Source: Parasynechococcus marenigrum WH 8102 | Lineage (GTDB): Bacteria; Cyanobacteriota; Cyanobacteriia; PCC-6307; Cyanobiaceae | NCBI RefSeq assembly: GCF_000195975.1 | Contig: NC_005070.1 | Span: 1,290,001-1,322,000, forward strand | Length of the DNA: 32,000 nucleotides | Direction: 5' to 3' | The notes under the pieces: model-generated | Told to the model about the DNA's origin: nothing | The model's database searches: none | Seen by the model: only the letters and a program-made list of their open reading frames with translations | Program-made: the position numbers and the translations under genes | Part shown: positions 10,400 to 18,355 of the stretch, piece after piece | Layout: every line of letters starts with the position of its first letter | How positions within the stretch are numbered: position 1 is the stretch's first letter

Positions 10400-11053
10400 T
10401 TGAGAGAACGCACGTTGGCTGAGCGTCACACCATCGCGGACAGCAAGCGCGCCTTTCACCAGGCCTTTCCGCATGTCATTGCTCCCCTGTACCGGCGGAT
10501 TGCTGACGAGCTTCTTGTGGAACTGCACCTGTTGAGTCACCAAGCTACGTTCCAAGCCAACAGCCTTTTCGCAGTCGGACTCAAGACCGTGTTTGAGCGC
10601 TTCACCCAGGGCTACCGCCCTATGGAGCACCCCGCAGCCCTGTTGTCGGCGCTGTGCAGCAGCAACGGTTTTGACGATGAACAGCTGAAGCAAGCCGCTC
10701 AGCACTGCCTGCAGGACGCCGAGGGGCATTCAGATGACGCCTTCCAGAGTTGGTTGAAAGAGCAGTCTCTGAGCGACGGCGCTCACTACTCAAGACTGAT
10801 GGCCGTCGGACTTCTTGCCCTGCTGGAAGCGTCCTCCGACGAAAGCGACGCAAGCTCTCTGCGTCAGCGGGCCGTCAAACTGTCGGTAGACCTTGGACTA
10901 CCTGCTGAACGCGTCGAGAAGGATCTGACCGTGTTCTCCTCCAACAGTGAGCGGATGGAGCAAGCCGTGGAACTGATGCAGGAAACTCTCGCTGCGGATC
11001 GTCGCAAGAAAGAAAAGCGACTTGCGGAAGCGGCAGAAAGCACAGCCGGCTGA
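10400..11053 (+). CDS. thf1: Thylakoid formation protein Thf1 / Psb29
   Basis: SKRAFHQAFPHVIAPLYRRIADELLVELHLLSHQ is the characteristic Thf1 N-terminus. The longest ORF (TTG at 10325) would overlap the divergent clpP start, so the in-frame TTG at 10400 or 10415 is more likely. The exact start is uncertain. Confidence 0.85.
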   Translation: MRERTLAERHTIADSKRAFHQAFPHVIAPLYRRIADELLVELHLLSHQATFQANSLFAVGLKTVFERFTQGYRPMEHPAALLSALCSSNGFDDEQLKQAAQHCLQDAEGHSDDAFQSWLKEQSLSDGAHYSRLMAVGLLALLEASSDESDASSLRQRAVKLSVDLGLPAERVEKDLTVFSSNSERMEQAVELMQETLAADRRKKEKRLAEAAESTAG

Positions 11054-11152
11054 CCTTTCAGCTTGAGAGAGACAGTCCCCCGTTCGTACTCTCAGCTTCG
11101 ATCATGGGGTAGGTGAAATATTACCCCCAGGGGGATCACATCTCCAACGTGT

Positions 11153-11181
11153 TCCTCCTGAGTCGAAAACGGGCAGGAGGA
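11153..11181 (+). terminator. Perfect 8-bp hairpin followed by TTT in the thf1 3' region
   Basis: TCCTCCTG (11153-11160), a 13-nt loop, then CAGGAGGA (11174-11181) and TTTCCC. Two more hairpins precede it: 11060-11097 (AGCTTGAGAG / CTCTCAGCT with one bulge) and 11106-11127 (GGGGTA / TACCCC). Confidence 0.35.
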
Positions 11182-11460
11182 TTTCCCGCTGACTGCTGAA
11201 CAAGGACCTTGTCATGCAAGCCGTCGGCGAACTCATACCGCTGGCATGACGATTCTGCACAGGTTGACTGCCTTCATCTGCCTCAAGCCGAGGGCTTTGC
11301 AAGAGCTCTGAAACCGCCAACAGTCGGTGTATGGTCTCTTGATCACCGGCAGTGTCGTTCTTTAGACATCCGAAAGGACCAAACGCACCAGAAACACCTG
11401 GCTGAGGTTGTCAGCGGATGGACAAACTTCCGACGCAGACACGCCGGCTTTCCCATCAGC

Positions 11461-11595
11461 TCAGGGTTGACGCCGTCGTCGATCCCGCCACTCGATGAAG
11501 GACAGATAAATCACAGAGACACTGACAAAGACGAGGAGAACAGCCGCTGTGATCTCCAGTCCTTGGTTGAGGGTGAACGTTGCAGGACCGTTCAA
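11461..11595 (-). CDS. Candidate 44-aa single-TM peptide, TTG start 4 nt after the petN stop
   Basis: The translation is (M/L)NGPATFTLNQGLEITAAVLLVFVSVSVIYLSFIEWRDRRRRQP. It has one hydrophobic helix and a poly-Arg tail, consistent with positive-inside topology. There is no ATG/GTG in frame after the upstream stop, so only the TTG is available. Confidence 0.3.
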   Translation of the reverse strand: MNGPATFTLNQGLEITAAVLLVFVSVSVIYLSFIEWRDRRRRQP

Positions 11596-11599
11596 GGCC

Positions 11600-11701
11600 T
11601 CAGAAGTTCAGAGTTCCGTCGCCGTTGCGACCCCATACCACCATGGCGATGGAGAAGCTGAACATGGCGGCGAGCGATGCCCAGGCAACGGTGAACAGCA
11701 T
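11600..11701 (-). CDS. petN: Cytochrome b6-f complex subunit VIII (PetN), 33 aa
   Basis: Below the ORF-track cut-off. The reverse-complement translation is [33 protein letters not shown]. The ...FSFS(I/L)..VVWGR(N/S)G... core is the PetN signature. Confidence 0.9.
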   Translation of the reverse strand: MLFTVAWASLAAMFSFSIAMVVWGRNGDGTLNF

Positions 11702-11773
11702 TGACTTGACTTCTTTGATGACAGGATCCTACCTAGGGTCCACGGCCAGCATTCTTCATTTGAAGCAACTGTC

Positions 11774-12070
11774 ATGAGCAGCTCCAGTCCTGGCTCAGCG
11801 TCGTTGCTTGAGCGCCAGACCATCACCCAGCGCTATCCACAGGCCCGTGTGATTGTTCTCGATGACGACGTCAACACGTTTCAGCATGTGGTGGACTGCC
11901 TGCGCAAGATCATTCCAGGCATGAGTGAGGAAAAGGCCTGGAGCCTCGCCAACCGCATCGACGGACAGGGTTCCGCTGAAGTCTGGTGCGGTCCGCTGGA
12001 GCAGGCAGAGCTGTACCACCAGCAACTGGCTGCAGAGGGGCTCACGATGGCGCCACTCGAACGCTGCTGA
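11774..12070 (+). CDS. clpS: ATP-dependent Clp protease adaptor ClpS
   Basis: 98 aa. VIVLDDDVNTFQHVVDCLRKIIPGMSEEKAWSLANRIDGQGSAEVW is the ClpS core fold motif. Confidence 0.9.
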   Translation: MSSSSPGSASLLERQTITQRYPQARVIVLDDDVNTFQHVVDCLRKIIPGMSEEKAWSLANRIDGQGSAEVWCGPLEQAELYHQQLAAEGLTMAPLERC

Positions 12071-12072
12071 GC

Positions 12073-12300
12073 TCAAGCGGCAGGTTGTCGTGTTGCTTTG
12101 GTGAGTCGCAGCACATCCACGGTCTCCAGTCGTTGTGTCTGGGCATCGAGAACAAAACGAACCACCCGACCGGGGCAGAACGCCAGTCCCCGCACCTCCT
12201 TGCCGTGCAGTTCAGCGGTCAACATCCTTGCTTCAGAACCGCAACGTTCTGCCAGCGGGCCGGACACGGTGCTTCGCAGGGTATCGACCGATTTGAGCAT
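12073..12300 (-). CDS. Hypothetical protein (~75 aa)
   Basis: The ORF 12073..12309 starts at GTG, with an ATG at 12300. Its third codon positions are GC-rich like the neighbouring genes. It is convergent with clpS (2-nt gap). I recognise no family. Confidence 0.45.
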   Translation of the reverse strand: MLKSVDTLRSTVSGPLAERCGSEARMLTAELHGKEVRGLAFCPGRVVRFVLDAQTQRLETVDVLRLTKATRQPAA

Positions 12301-12311
12301 CACGGCCACAG

Positions 12312-12650
12312 GTGGCTCTCTCCGGCATAGCCAGGCTGGCTACTGTCAGTCAGTTCTCAGGGATTCCTCAAGGTTTGGGCCGGGTCGTCATTACCCACAG
12401 CACCTATGTGGACGGGCTGATTCCCTGGCTCAAAAGCCTTGCCAAGGACCGCCGCATTCAAACGGTCACGCCAGCCGTGATCAATCGAGTAAGAGGTCGC
12501 AGCCAGACGCTTCAACTGCGGGTCTCAACCCCGATTCGCGGCGGGTTCAAGTTGATGGCTCGCAAGGGGAGCACTGTCCAGGAGGTGTTTGTTGTCACAG
12601 AGCTGGAACAGAGTCAGCTTCAAAAGGTCGTCGATGAACTCAGGCCCTGA
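12312..12650 (+). CDS. Conserved hypothetical, DUF2103-like (by memory of the GR.V.THSTY...P.VI.R..G.S..L.LRVS.P..GG.KL.ARKG..VQE.FV pattern)
   Basis: The longest ORF starts at the GTG at 12312. An in-frame TTG at 12375 would give MGRVVITHSTY..., which looks like the family N-terminus. Confidence 0.6.
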   Translation: MALSGIARLATVSQFSGIPQGLGRVVITHSTYVDGLIPWLKSLAKDRRIQTVTPAVINRVRGRSQTLQLRVSTPIRGGFKLMARKGSTVQEVFVVTELEQSQLQKVVDELRP

Positions 12651-12661
12651 GTCGTCGTCAA

Positions 12662-12865
12662 TCAATGTTGTTGAGCCGCCTGGCAGGCTTCGAGAAATGA
12701 TAGTCTGATTTCAGACTGACTGTTGCAGAGGTCGGCCCAGTCCGAGCGACGGAAGCATTGGGGAAGGATGGCGCGGCAAGCAACCTGAGCGTCATCGGGC
12801 AGAAAACGCACGGGCTCCGCCTGCGTGAAAACCAGTCCGATCACAAGCAACAGCGTCGGCATCAT
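12662..12865 (-). CDS. Hypothetical small secreted Cys-containing protein (67 aa)
   Basis: It has a signal-like N-terminus MMPTLLLVIGLVFTQA, four Cys residues and moderately GC-rich third positions. There is no obvious SD. Confidence 0.4.
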   Translation of the reverse strand: MMPTLLLVIGLVFTQAEPVRFLPDDAQVACRAILPQCFRRSDWADLCNSQSEIRLSFLEACQAAQQH

Positions 12866-13065
12866 CAGGCTTGATCAATGGGGTGAACCACCGTGCCGTG
12901 CGAGCCCCAGTGGTCGACCTGGAAGAACCAGAAGGGGAAACAAAGTGGGGATTCGTTTCCGGCTACAGGGCCGGTTTACGGCACCGTCACGACAGTCTCC
13001 CCAAGTCGAAAGAGAGTCAGATCAGAGCACTAGAAAAGGCCGTCACCAACACAGCAGTTCAGGAT

Positions 13066-14286
13066 TCAGCTTAGAGCTGAATTCACCGTCGGAGACGGCC
13101 AGATGCCGCGGATCACCTCCAGTGCGGATTGGGCTTGCTGCTCTCGCTGCTTTGCATCAGCCCCCGAGAGCAGCACAGTCACGTGACCGAGTTTGCGTCC
13201 AGGAGTTTCCGGTGACTTGCCGTACCAGTGAAGATGCGCATCCGGCAAAGCCGCTAAGGCGTCCAAGCGTTGTTGTAGCGACGTGGTGGCAGTCTCAAGC
13301 CCCAGCAGATTCACCATCAGTGCACCATTGCTGGTGAATTCAGGCGATGGAACCGGCAGACCGGCGGCAATGCAAACCTGTTGGTCAAATTGACTGCTGC
13401 TACAGGCTTCAATCGAGTAATGGCCGGAATTGTGTGTTCGCGGAGCCACTTCGTTCACCTGTAACCCATCGGGTCCGAAAAAAAACTCCAGGGCCAGAAC
13501 CCCGACGTAATTGAGTTTGGTGAGCAGGGACGCTGCCACGTTGTAGGCCTGAGCTTCCACCCCTTGGTCAACCGCAGCAGGAGCCAGAACCCAGTCGCAG
13601 ACTTGCTGGCTTTGGTGGGTTTCCACAAGAGGGAAACGGCGAACCCGTCCCTGGGAATCACGACTTACCACCAGCGCCAGCTCTCGCTCGTAATCCACCC
13701 AGCACTCCAGCAGCCACTCATCGCTTTCCACACTGCGGATCAAGCGAGCCAGATCCTCAATCGACTCCACAACGACTGTCCCCTTGCCGTCGTATCCGCC
13801 GTGGGCCGCTTTCGCCATCACCGGAAATGACCACCCCTGAGGCAGGGCTGGCTGAGCCGGAGAGATCCGACTCAACGGACACCACGGTGGCGTGGCAATC
13901 GAGAGATCTGACAACAGCTGCCGCTGCGACAGCTTGTTTACCAGAGGTGAGAGGGCAGAAAGGGCCGGACGGAACCGCACACCCTGCTTTTCCAAGGGGA
14001 TGAGGGCATCAATATTGACCCACTCGTTTTCAAACGTGATTCCCTGGCAGCCCACCATCAATTGGCGAGTTCCCGCCACATCACGAGGGTCCGCGATGAC
14101 CTGACGGGACGAACCGGCACAGGCGGGGTCGTCGGTGGAACCGGTCTGAACTGCCACGGCCACCTGCCGTTCTGCAGCAGCTTCCACCATCATGCGAGCG
14201 AGCTGTCCGCCGCCGACGACACCGATCATCTCGGCCGTGGTGGTCATTCCCCATGGGTGCGCAATCCCCAGCAGCTTGCCACTCAA
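13066..14286 (-). CDS. purK: N5-carboxyaminoimidazole ribonucleotide synthase
   Basis: MIGVVGGGQLARMM is the ATP-grasp N-terminal glycine loop, and the region ...EFFFGPDGLQVNEVAPRTHNSGHYS... follows. The real start is probably the ATG at 14247 or 14229 rather than 14286. Confidence 0.92.
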   Translation of the reverse strand: MSGKLLGIAHPWGMTTTAEMIGVVGGGQLARMMVEAAAERQVAVAVQTGSTDDPACAGSSRQVIADPRDVAGTRQLMVGCQGITFENEWVNIDALIPLEKQGVRFRPALSALSPLVNKLSQRQLLSDLSIATPPWCPLSRISPAQPALPQGWSFPVMAKAAHGGYDGKGTVVVESIEDLARLIRSVESDEWLLECWVDYERELALVVSRDSQGRVRRFPLVETHQSQQVCDWVLAPAAVDQGVEAQAYNVAASLLTKLNYVGVLALEFFFGPDGLQVNEVAPRTHNSGHYSIEACSSSQFDQQVCIAAGLPVPSPEFTSNGALMVNLLGLETATTSLQQRLDALAALPDAHLHWYGKSPETPGRKLGHVTVLLSGADAKQREQQAQSALEVIRGIWPSPTVNSALS

Positions 14287-14302
14287 TGGAGCGCCTGGCC
14301 TC

Positions 14303-15175
14303 TCAGATCAGGGCACGATCGCCACTGAAAGCCAGACGCACCAGGGTGAACAGCATCACCACAAGGAACAGAGCCAACCCAAGGGTGCAGGCATAACTGA
14401 TCTCCAGTTCAGCGAAGGCTTGGTCGTAGACGTAATAAACGATGGTCCGCGTTGAATCGGCAGGCCCACCCTGAGTCATCAAAAACACTTCCTCAAACAC
14501 CTTGGTGGCCGCGATCGACGACACCACCGCCACGAGGGAAACGTACGGACGAAGTAACGGAAGAGTGATGTCCACATGCTGGCGCCAACCCTCGCTGCCA
14601 TCGAGTTCGGCCGCCTCGTAGAGCTCTTTGGGGATGCCCTGCAATCCCGCCAGGAAAATCACCATGTAATACCCGAGCCCTTTCCAAAGCGTCACCACCA
14701 TCACCGCAGGCAGAGCGAGCTGTGGTGACGTCAGAAAACCGATCGGGGTGAAGGCTGGGCCGAGCAACACAGCGAGCCAGCCATTGATCAGACCGTTTTC
14801 GGCGTAGAGCCAACGGAAGGCGATGGCTGCCACCACGATGGAGACCAGGACCGGTGTGTAAAACGCGCTGCGCATCAAGTGACTGCCGGGGAGGCCGCGA
14901 TTCACCAGAACCGCCAGTGCCAGTGAACCGACAACGATCGGCGGGACCACACCGAAGAAATAGAGAAACGTGGTGAGCATCACCCGTCGCACCATCGGAT
15001 CCGAAAGCAGGCGCTGAAGGTTGGCGAGTCCGACGAAGCGGAGTGGCTCCGTCACATCCAAGCCGGAGGCGGTGAAGCTCATCACCAACGCCATCAGGGC
15101 TGGGAGCAGCACCGACAGGCTGATCAGCACCAAGGCCGGTAACAGAAATGCCCAGGCGACAAGACTGCGGCGCAA
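14303..15175 (-). CDS. Carbohydrate-type ABC transporter permease (MalF/UgpA-like)
   Basis: 290 aa with 6 TM segments. The EAA loop is ELYEAAELDGSEGWRQHVDITLPLLRP. Confidence 0.88.
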   Translation of the reverse strand: MRRSLVAWAFLLPALVLISLSVLLPALMALVMSFTASGLDVTEPLRFVGLANLQRLLSDPMVRRVMLTTFLYFFGVVPPIVVGSLALAVLVNRGLPGSHLMRSAFYTPVLVSIVVAAIAFRWLYAENGLINGWLAVLLGPAFTPIGFLTSPQLALPAVMVVTLWKGLGYYMVIFLAGLQGIPKELYEAAELDGSEGWRQHVDITLPLLRPYVSLVAVVSSIAATKVFEEVFLMTQGGPADSTRTIVYYVYDQAFAELEISYACTLGLALFLVVMLFTLVRLAFSGDRALI

Positions 15176-15254
15176 GGTGTCGCTGTCACTGGCATGAGGT
15201 TACGGCGGGTTGACCGGCTCCGCCCGGCAGAGTGGTGCCAATGCAGGACGCTCC

Positions 15255-16370
15255 ATGGTCTCCTCACCAACCCTGCGTCGGATCGCCGTCGCCTTGGAAC
15301 GCAACCCCTATGAGGTGGTGATCGGCGCCGGTGGCCTGAGCCGCCTTGGGGACGAACTCCTGAAGGCCGGAATTCAGCCCGGCCGACGGATCCTGGTGGT
15401 CAGCAACCCGGACGTCGCCGCCCCCTATGGAGAGGGGTGCCTGCAAAGCCTGCGTCAACAGGGCTTCCACGCCGACCTTCTGGTGATTGATGCGGGAGAA
15501 GAGCGCAAAACTCCAGCCACGGTGGCCGCCATCCATGATTCCGCCTTTGAGCAGCGTCTGGAGCGCAGCTCGTTGATGCTGGCCTTGGGTGGAGGGGTTG
15601 TCGGAGACATGACCGGATTTGCAGCAGCCACCTGGCTGCGCGGGATCCAGGTGATTCAGGTCCCCACGACCCTTCTGGCCATGGTCGATGCCGCCATCGG
15701 CGGCAAAACAGGGGTGAACCATCCCGGCGGCAAGAACCTGATCGGCGCCTTTCACCAGCCGAGCCTGGTGCTGATCGATCCCGAAACGCTCAACACATTG
15801 CCCGAGCGGGAGTTCAGGGCCGGCATGGCGGAGGTGATCAAGTACGGAATTCTTGGCGATCCCGCGCTGTTCCAGTGCCTGGAGGAGGGGCCAGAACCCA
15901 ACTCAGCTGCTGGCCTTGGCAACAGCCGGCTCGAAACCATTCTGGAACGATCGGCAGCGGCCAAAGCACGGGTGGTTGCTGCGGACGAACGGGAAGGGGG
16001 GCTGCGGGCCGTGCTGAATTACGGCCATACCTTCGGTCATGTGGTGGAAACCCTCTGTGGTTACGGCACCTGGCTGCACGGCGAGGCAGTGGCCATCGGG
16101 ATGGTGGCGGTCGGGCAGTTAGCCGTGAACCGCGGCAGCTGGACGGCGGACGAGGCCGGGCGCCAGACGCAGCTGATCCAGCGCTGTGGGCTACCGACGG
16201 CCTGGCCGGATCTGGACCCTGACGCCGTGCTGCGCACCCTTCAGGGAGATAAGAAAGTGAAAGACGGTCGCTTGCGCTTCGTGCTGCCCATGGCCATCGG
16301 CCGCGTGGAGATCCGCGATGACATCAGCCGGGATGAAATCCTGCATTGTCTGGACCAGTTGCGAGGCTGA
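15255..16370 (+). CDS. aroB: 3-dehydroquinate synthase
   Basis: [46 protein letters not shown] and HGEAVAIGM motifs. The ATG at 15255 is preferred over the TTG at 15210. Confidence 0.93.
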
Positions 16371-17505
16371 AACAGTCCGCACCAGCCCCGCGGCTGAACA
16401 GCAGCCAGCGGAAGTCGCCAAGGGCGGCAGGATCCACCAGTCGCAGCAACGCCTCTCTCCGTCGCAACGCCTCGGCCAGTTCGCTGGCGGGCAACTGCTG
16501 CAGCGCATGCAGGTCGTTCGCCAGGCCGAGGGCAAGCAGCGCCTCCCCCTGACGCCTCTGGTCCCGCAGCTGCCAACCGTGGTGTGCAGCGGCCTGGGTC
16601 AAGGTCTCGATGCAGAGATGGGCGGTGAGGTCCTGCTCCCCGGCATGGGCCAGAGGGTTCATCCCAGCCATGCCATCGCGATAGGCCATAAGTGTCCCCT
16701 CCGAGCGTCGGGCGGTGTAATAGCGGGAGGCCTCATGGGCGTAATCGATCACCAGCAGGGCCCCATCGGACACCGCTGAAGCCAGCGTCCCGAACCACGG
16801 CCGCAAGTTGCTGTGCCATTCCGTGGTCCAACCGTCTTCACTGCCAGGCGGGGGGAGCTCAAGTCCACTGGTCTGCAGCTGCTCCTGCAGCGTGTCAGGG
16901 AGGGCAAGCGGCACCGAGGTCAGTTGATCGTTCTGCTGCAGACGCACCCCCTGAAGGGCAAGCTCCCCTTGCTTAAGCACAAGGCGATCCACCGGGAAAG
17001 CGTCAAGCAGTTCATGGGCCAGTAAGACGCCTTGAATGGGTGAGGATTGCAGCTCCTCGATGCCACACCAGCGCACCGGACAGCCGCTGATTCCCTCCAG
17101 CCGTTGCTGCTGCCGCTGTCGCAGGGAGGGGCTGCGTTCGACCAGGACAAGCTCACAGCGCTCGATCAGATCGGGTGCCTGGCGCGCCAGAACGGTCAGC
17201 AGATCGGCAGCGAGATCACCTTCACCTGGTCCAACCTCCACCAGCGACAACGTCGAAGCCTGATCGGACAGGTTGCGCAGCAGATCGATCAGTTGACGAC
17301 CGAGCAGGGTCGCAAAATCAGGCCCCAGCGATGGTGACGTCGCGAAATCACCTTGGGGACCGATCCGCACCCGTCCGGATCCGTAATAACCGTGTTCTGG
17401 ATGATGCAGGGCCCAGTCCATGAACTGACGGAAGGGAACCGTGCCGCCGGCCTGGTGGAGAAGCGTTGCCAACCAGGCCGGACAGTCCGCAACCGTCGGA
17501 ATCAT
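16324..17505 (-). CDS. SAM-dependent methyltransferase, MidA/NDUFAF7 (DUF185) family
   Basis: [18 protein letters not shown]...GDFATSP...[16 protein letters not shown]. The ATG at 17505 ([11 protein letters not shown]...) is preferred over the GTG at 17592. The 3' end overlaps the aroB 3' end by 47 nt. Confidence 0.85.
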
Positions 17506-17536
17506 TGGAGAGAATGCCCGCCACTGCAGCAGGTCC

Positions 17537-18343
17537 ATGGGAACACATCGCATCGCAGGGCTGTGGGCTGTGCTGCTGACAACCCTGATCACCCTGACCG
17601 GAGCCTTACCGGTTCACGCCTACGACAATCCCGAGCTGCTGCCGGACCACCCGACGCCGGTGATCGATCTCGCCAAGGCCTTCACCGATCCCCAACGCTC
17701 CAGTTTGGAAAAGAGACTCAACGACGTTGAAGCCTCCACGGGCTGGAAGCTAAGGGTTCTGACGCAATACGAACGCACCCCAGGTCGGGCCGTGAAGGAA
17801 TTCTGGGGTCTGGACGAAAGCAGCTTGCTGCTGGTGGCGGACCCCCGTGGTGGCAACCTGCTCAATTTCAACGTGGGCGACGCCTTTTTCGCGTTGATGC
17901 CACGCACCTACTGGGTTGAGCTGCAGACGCGATTCGGCAACCAGTACTACGTCAAAGAGCACGGTGAGGATGGCGCCATCGTCGATGCCCTCAACGCTGT
18001 TGAGGTCTGCCTGGAGCGGGGCGGTTGCCAGGTGGTGCCAGGTCTGCCTCTAGAGCAATGGCTGTGGACCCTCACCACCTCCGCCGTGGGAGGTCTGATT
18101 GCAGGATTTGCTGCCTACCCACGCAAGGAAGGCGAAACAGTGGCCTGGGCCTGGTTGCTCCTGCTCTCACCACTGTGGGTGATGTTGTTTGGAGTGTTCG
18201 GCATTGCGCCGGTGATCACCCGCACATCCGACATCCTGCCGATTGTTCGGAATGGCGTGGGTTTCCTGGCTGGTGCTGTGGTCGCTTACCTCATTGCCCA
18301 AGCGACGGTGGGGCGGCGCCTCAACCAGGAACCGGAGAGTTGA
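17537..18343 (+). CDS. TPM-domain protein (TLP18.3/Psb32-like) with signal peptide and C-terminal TM segments
   Basis: The ATG at 17537 gives MGTHRIAGLWAVLLTTLITLTGALPVHA, followed by a TPM phosphatase-like domain (VIDLAKAFTDPQRSSLEKRLNDVEASTGWKLRVLT...) and hydrophobic C-terminal helices. Confidence 0.85.
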   Translation: MGTHRIAGLWAVLLTTLITLTGALPVHAYDNPELLPDHPTPVIDLAKAFTDPQRSSLEKRLNDVEASTGWKLRVLTQYERTPGRAVKEFWGLDESSLLLVADPRGGNLLNFNVGDAFFALMPRTYWVELQTRFGNQYYVKEHGEDGAIVDALNAVEVCLERGGCQVVPGLPLEQWLWTLTTSAVGGLIAGFAAYPRKEGETVAWAWLLLLSPLWVMLFGVFGIAPVITRTSDILPIVRNGVGFLAGAVVAYLIAQATVGRRLNQEPES

Positions 18344-18355
18344 GGGGAAACTCTC
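18335..18355. terminator. Hairpin spanning both stop codons of the convergent pair TPM / GH104-like
   Basis: GAGAGTT (18335-18341), the loop GAGGGGA, then AACTCTC (18349-18355), giving a 7-bp perfect stem. It contains the TGA of the + gene and part of the stop of the - gene. Confidence 0.4.

Noticed and set aside
11186-11417. A long-range 8-bp complementarity, CCGCTGAC (11186-11193) with GTCAGCGG (11410-11417), suggesting a closing stem of a roughly 230-nt RNA.
   Set aside because: The flanking bases do not extend the helix. One 8-mer complement within about 400 nt is roughly what chance predicts.
11054-11460. RNase P RNA, tmRNA (including the two-piece form), SRP RNA or a TPP riboswitch in the thf1-petN gap.
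   Set aside because: I could not find the universally conserved cores on either strand. I looked for GAGGAAAGUCC and ACAGAA..CGGCUUA for RNase P, a T-arm with a CCA-proximal acceptor and an ANN... tag ORF for tmRNA, GGAAGCAGCC for SRP RNA, and CUGAGA...ACCUGAUCUGGAUAAUGCCAGCG for TPP. Only a stray CTGAGAG is present.
11209-11661. A 150-aa + strand ORF spanning the gap and petN.
   Set aside because: It starts at TTG, has no GC3 bias, gives an Arg/Ser/His-rich product, and runs antisense through the clearly recognisable petN.
12098-12637. A 179-aa + strand ORF overlapping both the 78-aa minus ORF and the DUF2103-like ORF.
   Set aside because: Its product is a Ser/Arg/Pro-rich low-complexity sequence. 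The alternative frame (12312-12650) carries a recognisable conserved pattern.
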